Positions 44,382 through 53,671 of a stretch of DNA of 64,000 bases are shown in pieces; the stretch's first letter is position 1, and each line of letters opens with the position of its first letter. A program made the translations under genes and the position numbers. Source of the stretch: an uncultured delta proteobacterium (GTDB lineage: Bacteria; Myxococcota_A; Polyangia; Polyangiales; Polyangiaceae). The stretch is from the NCBI GenBank assembly GCA_963782055.1, contig CAWAIF010000003.1, positions 6,528,001-6,592,000 of the forward strand, in the 5' to 3' direction. The notes beneath the pieces are model-generated. The model ran no database searches and had not been told where the DNA came from. It saw nothing but the letters and a program-made list of their open reading frames with translations.

Positions 44382-45848
44382 CTATACCGCGCGCGGCAGG
44401 TCGATCACGAAGCGCGCGCCTTGTGTGGTTTCTACATCGAGATCGATACTGCCGCCGGCGTCCTCCACCAGACCGCGGCACACCGCGAGGCCGAGACCCG
44501 TCCCCTGCCCCACCTCCTTGGTGGTGACGAAGGGCTCGAAGAGGCGCGCGACCACGCCCCGGTCGACGCCCGGGCCGGTGTCCTCCACCACCAGATGCAC
44601 GCGCTCCCCCTCTCGCCGGGCGTGGATGCGCAGGCGCGCGCCCTCCGTCCGCGCCGCGGTCATCGCGTCGCACGCGTTGAGCGCCAGGTTGAGCAGGACC
44701 TGCACCAGCCGCCCGTGCGCCATGCGCGCGGCGAGGCCCTCCGGCACGTCGGTCTCCACCTCCACCTCGCGGAACTGCTTCTGCGGGCGCAGCAGCCCCG
44801 TCACGTCGCCCACCGCCTCCCGCACGTCGGCGCGCGGGGGCGCGGCGTCGCTCGCCGGCCCCAGGTGCGCCTCCGGCCGGGCGAAGTCCAGCAGGTCGCG
44901 CAGCACGTGGTGGATGCGCTCGGTCTCGCGGTGCATGCGCTCGGTGAAGTCGCGCTGCTCGTCGGCGGACACGTCCCCGGAGAGGATGAGGTCCTGCATC
45001 CCCATGATGGCGGTGATGGGGTTGCCGATCTCGTGCGCGACGCCCGCGGCGAGCCGCCCGACGCTCGCCATCCGCTCGCTCTTGACGAGCTGTGCCTGCG
45101 CCTGCGTGAGGCGCTCACCGGCGCGGGTGAGCTCGTCCACCTTCCCGCGCAGGCTCTCCTCGTCGGCGATGAGGGCTGCGGCCATCGTCTCCACGCTGGC
45201 GCCCAGCTCGACCAGCTCGCGCGCGCCGGTCTTGGGCACGTCCAGCTTGCGCGCGCCGGAGGCGACGCGATCGGTCGCCCGCGCGAGCGACTCCACCGGC
45301 CGCACGATGAGCCGCGTGAGCGCGACGTACACGAGGAAGGACAGCGCGATGCCGAAGACCAGCATGTACACCGCGACCAGGCGCACCACCGGGGCCGCGC
45401 GGTCGGCGGCGGCGTCGGTGCGCATGCGCACCAGCACCACGCCCGTGCCGCGCGGGAGGGTGACGTCCAGCGCCTCGCCGCGGGCCCCGCGCACGCTGCG
45501 GTCGCTCTCCCCGTAGGGACGGGCAGGCGCCTGGAGCGCCGTCACCTCCCGCGCGTCCCCCGCGCAGGCCACGCGGCCGCCCGCCGCGTCGAAGACGCAG
45601 GCCGCGTCCACGCCGCCGGCGCCCACGTGGCTCTCCAGGACGTGTCGCAGCGCCGCCGGGTCCTCCACGTCCGTCTCGGCGACGTGGGCCGCCACCGCGC
45701 GCCCCAGCGAGCGCGCGTCGTCGACGCGCACCGAGTAGAGCGTCACGCGCAAGAGGCTGGCCACCGCGAAGAAGAGGGGCAGGAAGGCGAGCGCCATCAG
45801 CCCCACGATGGCGAGCACGATCTGGAGGCGAAGGCCGAGCGCGCGCAT
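44382..45848 (-). CDS. Membrane HAMP-domain sensor histidine kinase
   Basis: Two TM helices, HAMP, AHEIGNP, QVLLNLALNA, DTGPG, FEPFVTTK, GTGLGL. Confidence 0.92.
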   Translation of the reverse strand: MRALGLRLQIVLAIVGLMALAFLPLFFAVASLLRVTLYSVRVDDARSLGRAVAAHVAETDVEDPAALRHVLESHVGAGGVDAACVFDAAGGRVACAGDAREVTALQAPARPYGESDRSVRGARGEALDVTLPRGTGVVLVRMRTDAAADRAAPVVRLVAVYMLVFGIALSFLVYVALTRLIVRPVESLARATDRVASGARKLDVPKTGARELVELGASVETMAAALIADEESLRGKVDELTRAGERLTQAQAQLVKSERMASVGRLAAGVAHEIGNPITAIMGMQDLILSGDVSADEQRDFTERMHRETERIHHVLRDLLDFARPEAHLGPASDAAPPRADVREAVGDVTGLLRPQKQFREVEVETDVPEGLAARMAHGRLVQVLLNLALNACDAMTAARTEGARLRIHARREGERVHLVVEDTGPGVDRGVVARLFEPFVTTKEVGQGTGLGLAVCRGLVEDAGGSIDLDVETTQGARFVIDLPRAV

Positions 45849-45873
45849 CAGGCGTCGCCCCGCGACGGGCGCG

Positions 45874-47031
45874 TCACTCCGCGTCGATCCAGTCGGAGAG
45901 GGTGGCGACGCCCGCGTCGTCCACCGCGTGCGAGACGATGGGCGGCATCTGCCCGGTGCCGCGGAAGCTCACCAGCTCCACCACCAGGCTCTTCGACGCG
46001 TCCCCCGGGGTGATGCGCTGGTAGCCCTGGTTCTTGTAGGTGGCGTAGTCCGCCGACTGCGGGGCGACGCCCACCGCGGTGGTCCACGTGTCCAGCGTCG
46101 TCACGTCCACCCCGCCGTCGGCCACGCCGCCGTCGGCCACGCCCCCGCCCAGCACGTCGGCCGCCGGCAGGCGCATGTACAGGCCGCTGAAGAAGGCGCC
46201 CGCGTTCTGGTTGCGGTTGTGGCAGGTCACGCCGCAGTTCATGTGCAGGTAGCCGAGCGCGGGCCCCGCCTTGCCGGTCGCGTCCTCCGGGAGCGTCGCC
46301 TGCGTCTTGGGCGGGGGGCTGGTGAGCCGCCCCTGGCTCGCCAGCCATTCCAGGGTGACGCCCTGCGCGGCGGCGAGCGAGGAGGCGATCGCCTCCACGC
46401 CGAGCACCTTGTCCTTGCGACCGCCGTGGCACTGGTCGCACGCCAGATGATCGGGGATCTCGTAGGTGCCCGCGATGCCCTTCTCGCCGTCGTCGGCGCG
46501 GGTGGCGTCGGTCTCGTCGTCCGTCCAGCGGTAGGTGGTCCACGTCCAGTCCGTCGTGCCTCGCTTGTAAAATACACGCGTTTCGATCCGCTTGCCGCCG
46601 ACCTTGAACTCCTTGAAGGTCCGCGTGCCGACGGGGAACTTCCACTCGTCCATGTCGGTCGTGTCAATCTTCTGGCCGGGGGGCAGGTAGATCCAGCGCT
46701 GCTTCTCCGCACCGTCGCTCCAGAAGGAGACGCCCGGCGCGTACGGCAGCACGTCCGCCGCCACCGTCTTCTTCGCGATGTCGGAGTAGAGGCCGGCGCA
46801 CGCGAGGTGGGTGGGGAGCTCGCCCGGACCGGCGTCGTCGTCGGCGCAGGGACCGGCGTCGGCCGCGTCTGCGTCGCTCGCGTCGAGCGCGTCGGGCGCG
46901 GCGTCGCCGGCCTCGACCGGCGTCTCGTCGCCGGCGTCGGAGGGAGGCTGCGCGGCGGCGTCGCCGGAGCAGCCGGCGGCGGCGAGCAGCAGCCCGGTGG
47001 CGACGAGAGGCCAGGCCCGGTGCAGCGTCAT
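45874..47031 (-). CDS. Lipoprotein, putative diheme c-type cytochrome (SO2930-like)
   Basis: Lipobox AAGC; FWSDGAEKQRWIYLP, FPVGT...KEF, IETR; heme motifs CDQCH and CGVTCH; C-terminal QMPP. Confidence 0.72.
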   Translation of the reverse strand: MTLHRAWPLVATGLLLAAAGCSGDAAAQPPSDAGDETPVEAGDAAPDALDASDADAADAGPCADDDAGPGELPTHLACAGLYSDIAKKTVAADVLPYAPGVSFWSDGAEKQRWIYLPPGQKIDTTDMDEWKFPVGTRTFKEFKVGGKRIETRVFYKRGTTDWTWTTYRWTDDETDATRADDGEKGIAGTYEIPDHLACDQCHGGRKDKVLGVEAIASSLAAAQGVTLEWLASQGRLTSPPPKTQATLPEDATGKAGPALGYLHMNCGVTCHNRNQNAGAFFSGLYMRLPAADVLGGGVADGGVADGGVDVTTLDTWTTAVGVAPQSADYATYKNQGYQRITPGDASKSLVVELVSFRGTGQMPPIVSHAVDDAGVATLSDWIDAE

Positions 47032-48351
47032 TGCGGCTTGTATCCTACACGAAAGACGCGACCGCCCGTGTCGTCGGAGAAGTAGACCGCGCCGCTGGGC
47101 GCCTGGCGGACGTCCACCGGGCGCGCGTCCCACGTGCCCTCCTCGAGCTGACCGCCCTGCCCCATCTTGCCGAGGATGGGATCGACCGCGGTGATCTTGC
47201 CGTTCTTGACGGTGGCGCGCGCGAGCACCCGCCCCACCGCGGGCTGCCGGTTCCACGACCCGTGCGAGGTGATGAGGAAGTCCCCCGCGTAGGGCAGCGC
47301 GTTGCCGGTGTACTGGATGATGCCCAGCGGCGCCCAGTGCCCCTGCATGACGAACTGCGGCGGCTGGACGTTGGCGGTGTCCTGACACCAGCCGTCGGTC
47401 TGCTGGACGTTCTGCGGGATGGTCTGGTCCGCCCACTGCGTGCCCGGGCCCTTGCCGCCGGTGACCTTGCCCTCGCTCCAGCAGAGCGGGTAGCCGTAGA
47501 ACCCGCCGGGCGCGCCGAAGAGGTTGATCTCCTCGCCGGGGTTGTCGTCGTGGATGTCCCCGCCGAAGTCGGCGTCGGTGAGGTTGTCGCGGCCATTCTC
47601 CACGCCCCAGAGGCGGTCCTGCGCGTCGACGAAGAGGCCCACCTCGTTGCGCAGGCCGGTGCCGATGACCTCGCCCTGGGTGTAGTCGATGCCGCCGGCG
47701 GGGAGCGGGTCGGTGAGGGTGAAGCGGCGCACCTGCGCGCGGGTGTCGCGCAGGGTCTGGTCGGTGTCCACGTTGTCGGCGGAGCCGATGTTCACGACCA
47801 TGCGGCCCTGCGAGTCGAACTGCAGGGTGCGGGTGTTGTGGTTGCCCCCGCCGGGCATGTTCTTGACGACGACCTCGGCTGCGCCGCTCGCCTTGCGCAG
47901 GCCGGACGTGTACGCCCAGCGGTAGACCGTGGTGTCGCTGGAGGCGTAGAGGAACTTGCCGTCGCGGGAGAAGGCGAGGCCGTGGTTGAGACCGGGCGCC
48001 GTCGCGAAGGTCTGCCGCTCCTGAGGAGCGCTCACGCCGTCGCCGTCGTCGTCGTAGACGACCACCACCGCGCCGTCGTTGATGAAGAGAATCGCCGTTG
48101 GGGGCGACATCGATCTGCCGGGCCGGACCGAGACCGGTGGCGTACACGACGACGCAGAGGCGCGGGTCGGCCGTCCACGCGCCTGCGTACGCGGGGCCCT
48201 TGCACGTGTCGGCGGGCGGACCGGCGTCCGCGCCGGCCTCCGGCTGGGTGGCGTCGGCGCCGGAGTCACCCGGGGTGGCTGCGTCGTCCCCGCCGCACGC
48301 GGCGAGGGCCAGGAGCAAGGAGAGGGACAAGGAAGCGCCGGCAGCCCGCAT
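47028..48351 (-). pseudogene. Glucose/sorbosone (PQQ-type beta-propeller) dehydrogenase lipoprotein with a 1-bp frameshift at ~48090
   Basis: N-terminus (lipobox LAAC...VAPNGD) in one frame, remainder (LFIND...GLRNEVG, LWGVENGRD, PGEEIN, YGYP, HGSWNR, RPVDV) in another; removing one base restores APNGDLF. Confidence 0.8.
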
Positions 48352-48403
48352 CGTTCGAGGGTGCGACGGGGCGCGCCGACGCGCAAGGCCCACCGGCCGC
48401 GCC

Positions 48404-48688
48404 TCAACGCGACGCGGACGACGCCGGCGCGGCCAGGTAGTCGACCATGAGCGCCCACTGCGCCTCGGTCATGTGCACGCGCGTCCGGTGGCGCACGAAC
48501 GCCTTCTCCAGGTGCGCCCGCGTGCGCGTCCCCGGCTCCACCCGGCGGTGGCATCCGCCGCACCGCGCGTGGTGGATCTCCGCAACGACCGCGTACCTGG
48601 GGTCCACCGGACGCGGCGGCGGCGAGCCGCAGGCGATCGCGAGCGCCCCCGCCAGGACCGCGAGCAGAGGGACCGTCCACCACTTCAC
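48404..48688 (-). CDS. Small monoheme c-type cytochrome lipoprotein
   Basis: Lipobox AIAC, CGGCH, C-terminal VDYL. Confidence 0.7.
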   Translation of the reverse strand: MKWWTVPLLAVLAGALAIACGSPPPRPVDPRYAVVAEIHHARCGGCHRRVEPGTRTRAHLEKAFVRHRTRVHMTEAQWALMVDYLAAPASSASR

Positions 48689-48719
48689 GCCCGGACCATA
48701 GCGCGCCAGCCCGCGCCGC

Positions 48720-49568
48720 TCACCCCCGGACGCCGAACGCCTGCTCAATCGCGCGCGCGATGCCTCCGCCGTCGAAGGCGGTCTCGTCCAGCACGTCCGT
48801 GGCGACGGACTTCACCGCGTCGGGCGCCTGGCCCATCGCGAAGGAGCGCCCGGCCGCCTCGAACATGGGGACGTCGTTGACCCAGTCGCCCACGCACACC
48901 GTCTCCTCGAGGGTGACGCCGTGGTGGGTGGCCAGCCACTTGAGCGCGGAGCCCTTGTTGCCTCCGGCGGCGCGCACCAGCATGCCCCACGTCGCCTCGA
49001 GGCGGCGTGTCGGGAAGGTGGCGACCTGCGCGGCCGCGCCGAGCGCGCGGGCGATGCCCTCGGCGGCGCACTGGATCTCGGCGAGGGTACCCACCGCCAC
49101 CACAGCCGTCACGCCCTCCTCCGTCTCCCAGTGCCCGTGCTCCACCACGCGCTCGGTGTGCACGACGGAGGTGGACCAGGTGCTCACGTAGTCGAGGTAC
49201 GGCGTGCCCGCGTCGTCGTGAACGACCTGGTCCTGCGCGAAGAGGAACGTCGCCGCGGCCGTGTCGGTGAGCACGCGCCGCAGCGCGCGGGCGTGGGTGC
49301 CGATGAGCCCGTGGTGGAAGAGCGTGCGGTGCGTCTCGGTGGAGACGAGCTGGCTGCCGTCCACGCACCCGACAGGTCCGACGAGGCCGATGCGCTCCGC
49401 CGCCGGGCGGGTGCCGGAGTAGAGGCGCCCCGTGAGGATGGTCGTCGCGATGCCCTGCGCCATGAGCGCGCGCAGGGCGCGCACGTCCGCTTCGTGAGGG
49501 ACTCCCGACGGATCGAGCAGGGTGCCGTCCAGGTCCACGGCCAGAAGCTTGTATCTTTCGCGTCCCAC
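48720..49568 (-). CDS. Cof-type HAD hydrolase
   Basis: DLDGTLL, LTGR, NKGSAL, GDWVNDVPM. Confidence 0.9.
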   Translation of the reverse strand: MGRERYKLLAVDLDGTLLDPSGVPHEADVRALRALMAQGIATTILTGRLYSGTRPAAERIGLVGPVGCVDGSQLVSTETHRTLFHHGLIGTHARALRRVLTDTAAATFLFAQDQVVHDDAGTPYLDYVSTWSTSVVHTERVVEHGHWETEEGVTAVVAVGTLAEIQCAAEGIARALGAAAQVATFPTRRLEATWGMLVRAAGGNKGSALKWLATHHGVTLEETVCVGDWVNDVPMFEAAGRSFAMGQAPDAVKSVATDVLDETAFDGGGIARAIEQAFGVRG

Positions 49569-49676
49569 GCCCTTACCCCCGCCGCCCTCTTGCTGATCGC
49601 GGCGGCGGCGCGCTCGCGAGGCACCCCGCTTGTACGGCAGCGAGGTCACGAGCCGGTCACGACGAGCGTCCGCCGC

Positions 49677-49940
49677 TCAGGCCTTGGCGGCCGGGTAGAC
49701 GGAGATCTTCTGCTGGTCCTTGGAGCGCCACTCGAACGTCACCACGCCGTCGATGAGGGCGAAGAGGGTGAAGTCCTTCCCGCGCCCGACGTTCTTGCCG
49801 GCGGCGATGCTGCTGCCGACCTGCCGCACGAGGATGCTGCCCGCGGTGACGCTGGTGCCACCGTAGACCTTCACCCCGCGCCGCTGGGAGTTTGAATCGC
49901 GCCCGTTGCGCGTGCTGCCTGCGCCTTTTTTGTGAGCCAT
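49677..49940 (-). CDS. rpmA: 50S ribosomal protein L27
   Basis: [16 protein letters not shown]...GSILVRQ...[13 protein letters not shown]. Confidence 0.98.
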   Translation of the reverse strand: MAHKKGAGSTRNGRDSNSQRRGVKVYGGTSVTAGSILVRQVGSSIAAGKNVGRGKDFTLFALIDGVVTFEWRSKDQQKISVYPAAKA

Positions 49941-49952
49941 GATCGACCTCTC

Positions 49953-50264
49953 TCAGCCCTTGATGTTGGTGATCTCGAGGGCGGTGAACGGCTGGCGGTG
50001 GCCGGCCTTGCGACGGTAGTTCTTGCGGCGGCGGAACTTGAAGACGATGATCTTCTTGTCACGGTCCTGAGCCGTGATCTTGGCTTCCACCTTGGCGCCC
50101 GCCACGAGGGGCTGCCCGAGCTTGATGCCGTCGCCCTCGCCGACGAGGAGCACCTCGTCGAAGGTGACGCTGGTGCCCACGTCCCCGAGAAGCTTCTCGA
50201 CCCGGAGCTTGTCGCCCTGAGCCACCCGGTACTGCTTACCGCCCGTCCTGATCACCGCGTACAT
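49953..50264 (-). CDS. rplU: 50S ribosomal protein L21
   Basis: [14 protein letters not shown]...[16 protein letters not shown]. Confidence 0.98.
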   Translation of the reverse strand: MYAVIRTGGKQYRVAQGDKLRVEKLLGDVGTSVTFDEVLLVGEGDGIKLGQPLVAGAKVEAKITAQDRDKKIIVFKFRRRKNYRRKAGHRQPFTALEITNIKG

Positions 50265-50373
50265 GATGCGTTCCCTCTTGTGTTCCCATGACGAAGCACG
50301 GGTGGCCGCGACGGCCAGGGCCGCGGCGGGGTTTGCCTGGCCGGGCGGAGGCTCCGCCGGACCGGGGCGCGGA

Positions 50374-50401
50374 AGTATGCTGACCTGGCCCCTGGTGTCA
50401 A
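50374..50401 (-). promoter_or_regulatory. Putative sigma70 promoter of rplU-rpmA
   Basis: Minus strand TTGACA-N16-CATACT ~110 nt upstream of rplU. Confidence 0.6.
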
Positions 50402-50443
50402 GCGAAGGCGGCGACGGATCGGAGATTGCATCGGGAGGACGCC

Positions 50444-51061
50444 ATGACTCTGCGCGTGGGTAGTGCCCTGATTCTCGCTGGATTCGTGCTCTCCGCCTGC
50501 AGCGCGACCAATCCGGGGGTGGAAGGTTTGACCAGGCCCCTGGCCGGGGGCGAAGGGGGGATCCTGGAGGGGGGGACGGGGGAGAGCGGTGCGGACGCGG
50601 CGGCGGACGCGGGATCCGACGCCACGGCCCAGAGCAACGCCTTCACGGGGGCGGGAGCCTACGCCAGCCAGCAGCCGGCCACCACGGCCGCGATGTTCCA
50701 CGACAACAACAGCGTGGGCATCACCCCGGGCAAAGGCACGCCCTGCCTGTCCTGCCACGGCAACGGGGGCAACGGTAAGGAGTTCCTCTTCGCGGGGACG
50801 GTCTTCCAGGACCAGGCCGGCACGATGCCCGCCGCCGACACGGAGGTGAGGGTCCGGGGGATCGACGGCACCGCCTTTCTCTCCCACAGCGACGCCGACG
50901 GCAACTTCTGGTTCGTGAAGGGCCAGGCCGACAACCTGCAATTTCCTGCCCAGTGCGGGGGGCGCGACGCCGCCCAGACGGCCCTGATGGTGGGGACCAT
51001 CGCGACGGGGGACTGCAACAGCTGTCACGCGAACAACACGGACGCAACGCACGTGCCCTGA
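50444..51061 (+). CDS. Lipoprotein with two CxxCH motifs (putative diheme cytochrome c)
   Basis: SD GGAGG, lipobox LSAC, CLSCH and CNSCH flanking a FAGTVF...SDADGNFW beta domain. Confidence 0.75.
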   Translation: MTLRVGSALILAGFVLSACSATNPGVEGLTRPLAGGEGGILEGGTGESGADAAADAGSDATAQSNAFTGAGAYASQQPATTAAMFHDNNSVGITPGKGTPCLSCHGNGGNGKEFLFAGTVFQDQAGTMPAADTEVRVRGIDGTAFLSHSDADGNFWFVKGQADNLQFPAQCGGRDAAQTALMVGTIATGDCNSCHANNTDATHVP

Positions 51062-51156
51062 CCGCCCCTCCCCGGCCGTTGCTTCCACCGATTTCGCGGG
51101 GGAGAGCGCGCCTACGGGCTTGGGCGGTCTGGGGGATTCGGGTATAGCCCTCAGCC

Positions 51157-52767
51157 ATGCCGAGCGGGTTTCTCGCCGTCGTGCTTCACGCGCACCTGCC
51201 CTTCGTGCGTCACCCGGAGCACAAGCGGCACCTGGAGGAGCGCTGGTTCTACGAGGCGCTCATCGAGTGCTACCTCCCGCTCATCGACGTCTTCGATCGG
51301 CTCGCCGCCGAGCGCATCCCCTTCGCCGTGACGATGAGCCTCACGCCGCCGCTGGCGGCGATGATGAACGACGCGCTGCTGCGCGACCGCTTCGAGGCGC
51401 ACCTCACGCGGATGGAGTCGCTCGCCGACGCCGAGATGAAGCGGCTGTGGGGGGACGCGTCCTTCGCGCCGCTCGCCACCTTCTACCGCGAAGAGCTCGC
51501 GCGCGTGCGAGCGGTGTGGGAGCGCCACGACCGTGACGTGGTGGGCGCCCTGCGCCACCACTGGAACGCGGGCAGCCTGGAGCTCATCGGCTGCTCGGCG
51601 ACGCACTGCTACCTGCCCGGCATGCTCCCCGCGCGTGACGGCATCCGCCCACAGCTCGAGCTCGGCATGCTCGGCTTCGAGTCGATGGTGGGGCGACGGC
51701 CGCTCGGCATCTGGCTTCCGGAGTGCGCGTACCATCCGCAGATCGATCAGGACCTCGCGGACGCGGGCGTGCGCTTCAGCCTGCTCGACACCCACGGCCT
51801 GACACACGCGCGCCCGCAGCCCCCGTTCGGCGAGCACGCGCCGGTCATCTCGCCGTCGGGCGTCGCCTTCTTCGCGCGGGATCAGGAGTCCAGCCGGCAG
51901 GTGTGGTCGCGCCAGGATGGTTACCCGGGCGACGTCTACTACCGGGACTTCTACCGCGACATCGGCTTCGACCTGCCGGAGGAGCACCTCTATGGAGAGG
52001 TGGTGGGCGACGGCAACCGGCTCATGACCGGCATCAAGTACCACCGCATCACGGGCAAGACGGACCACAAGGAGCCGTACATGCCCGGCGTGGCGAAGGA
52101 ACGCGCCTGGGACCACGCCGGCGACTTCGTGCAGAACCGCGCGCGCCAGCTCTCCTGGCTCTCGCACACGATGGGGGGCGTCCCGCCCATCGTCGTCTCG
52201 CCCTACGACGCCGAGCTCTTCGGCCACTGGTGGTACGAGGGCCCGATGTTCCTCGAGGCGATCTTCCGGCGCCTGCCGGAGGTCGCCGCCGACGTGGAGG
52301 CGATCACGCTGCACGACTACCTCCACCGATTCCCGGTGGCGGTGCAGGCTACCCCCGGCGCATCGAGCTGGGGCGCTGGCGGCTACGGCGGGGTGTGGGT
52401 CGGCCCGCACTCCGCCTGGACGTGGCGGCACGTGCACCACGCGACGCGCTACGTGGCATGGCTGGTGCGGGAGCACCGCGCGGCGAGCGGGGAGCGCGGC
52501 CGGGCGCTCGACCAGTGCATCCGCGAGCTGCTCTTGCTGCAGTCGAGCGACTGGAACTTCATCCTCACGACGGGCACGTCCACCGGGTACGCGCTGGCGC
52601 GCGTGCAGGCGCACACCCACCGGCTACGCCGGCTCGGGCACTTCGTGCAGACCGGGGTCATCGAGGGCGACGACGCCGCCTGGCTTGCCGACGTCGTCTC
52701 ACGCGACAACTTCCTGGGCCACCTCGAGGGCGACGCCCTCCGCGCCCCCTTCGACGAGAGAAGCTGA
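51157..52767 (+). CDS. GH57 1,4-alpha-glucan branching enzyme (DUF1957)
   Basis: LHAHLPFVRH, WLPECAY, YRDFYRD, PYDAELFGHWWYEG, LLQSSDW. Confidence 0.93.
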   Translation: MPSGFLAVVLHAHLPFVRHPEHKRHLEERWFYEALIECYLPLIDVFDRLAAERIPFAVTMSLTPPLAAMMNDALLRDRFEAHLTRMESLADAEMKRLWGDASFAPLATFYREELARVRAVWERHDRDVVGALRHHWNAGSLELIGCSATHCYLPGMLPARDGIRPQLELGMLGFESMVGRRPLGIWLPECAYHPQIDQDLADAGVRFSLLDTHGLTHARPQPPFGEHAPVISPSGVAFFARDQESSRQVWSRQDGYPGDVYYRDFYRDIGFDLPEEHLYGEVVGDGNRLMTGIKYHRITGKTDHKEPYMPGVAKERAWDHAGDFVQNRARQLSWLSHTMGGVPPIVVSPYDAELFGHWWYEGPMFLEAIFRRLPEVAADVEAITLHDYLHRFPVAVQATPGASSWGAGGYGGVWVGPHSAWTWRHVHHATRYVAWLVREHRAASGERGRALDQCIRELLLLQSSDWNFILTTGTSTGYALARVQAHTHRLRRLGHFVQTGVIEGDDAAWLADVVSRDNFLGHLEGDALRAPFDERS

Positions 52768-52824
52768 CACCCTCCCTCCCCGCGCCGCCCCCCGCCGCCG
52801 TCGCCCTGCCGCCCCCACCCCCCC

Positions 52825-52857
52825 TGTCCCAGGACACCCTTTTTCTGTCCGGGGACA
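52825..52857. promoter_or_regulatory. Two phased palindromes TGTCC-N2-GGACA (candidate enhancer/operator)
   Basis: TGTCCCAGGACA at 52825 and TGTCCGGGGACA at 52846, 21 bp apart. Confidence 0.65.
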
Positions 52858-52920
52858 CCCGTGGATCGTTCGCCGGCAAACGAGCGCCCTGTTTTCCCGG
52901 GAGCGCGTGGGAGGGGGGGG

Positions 52921-52936
52921 TGGCATGAGGCGTGCT
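52921..52936 (+). promoter_or_regulatory. Putative sigma54 promoter
   Basis: TGGCATGAGGCGTGCT: GG-N10-GC. Confidence 0.6.
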
Positions 52937-52948
52937 GAGGAAGGGGGG

Positions 52949-53560
52949 ATGACACCGCTCTTCTTCGGGACCAAGCGCGCTTACTACGCGACGCTGCGTG
53001 TGACGCGCCGGCTTCTCGCTCGCTTCGGGCTCACACCGGCGCGCTTCGACCTGCTGTACGCCCTGTTTCGCGTGCCGCACCACTTCTGTTACCAGAGCGA
53101 TCTGCGCAAGGCGCTCGGGGTCGCGCGGTCGACCATCAGCAAGATGGTGACGTCGCTCCAGGGCATCGGCCTGGTGGAGCGGCTGCCGCCGCTCGAGGAC
53201 ATGCGGCAGGTGGACGTGCAGCTCACGCCGGAGGGGCGCCGTCGCGTCTCGCGAGCGTTCCGCAGCCTCGTGCGCACGGGGCTCATCGATCTGACGACGG
53301 ACTCGGCGCTCACGCCGGACCCGCACCACTGGCCCCACCCGAAGGCGTGCAGCCGCGCCCGCCGGTGGCTGTCGCGGCTGCACAGCCGGCTGCGCAACAC
53401 CTTCGGCGACTTCGCGACCCTGCACGCCGCGGAGGGCGATCCGTACGAGTCGGGGTGGACCTGGCTCGACCTGGTGGACAGGGTCGCGGCGAACAGGCGC
53501 ATCGAGCGGCGCAGGGCGTCCGGCGACCCGTTCGAGTGGCCCGCACCGATGATCGAGTGA
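52949..53560 (+). CDS. MarR-family winged-helix regulator with C-terminal extension
   Basis: GLTPARFDLL, QSDLRKALGVARSTISKMVTSL...GLVER...DMRQVDVQLTPEG. Confidence 0.85.
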   Translation: MTPLFFGTKRAYYATLRVTRRLLARFGLTPARFDLLYALFRVPHHFCYQSDLRKALGVARSTISKMVTSLQGIGLVERLPPLEDMRQVDVQLTPEGRRRVSRAFRSLVRTGLIDLTTDSALTPDPHHWPHPKACSRARRWLSRLHSRLRNTFGDFATLHAAEGDPYESGWTWLDLVDRVAANRRIERRRASGDPFEWPAPMIE

Positions 53561-53671
53561 GCCGCGCCTCCCGATGGCCGCCAGCGGCCCGGCCGCGCCA
53601 ACTCGCGAGCCTCGCGCCATGCCAGGCGCGGGGATCTTGCCGCCCGCGGCATGCTCGGGCATGAACGAGGG

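Noticed and set aside
45874..48393. 839-aa ORF as a genuine fusion protein
   Set aside because: Its middle is the off-frame reading of the dehydrogenase gene caused by the 1-bp insertion near 48090
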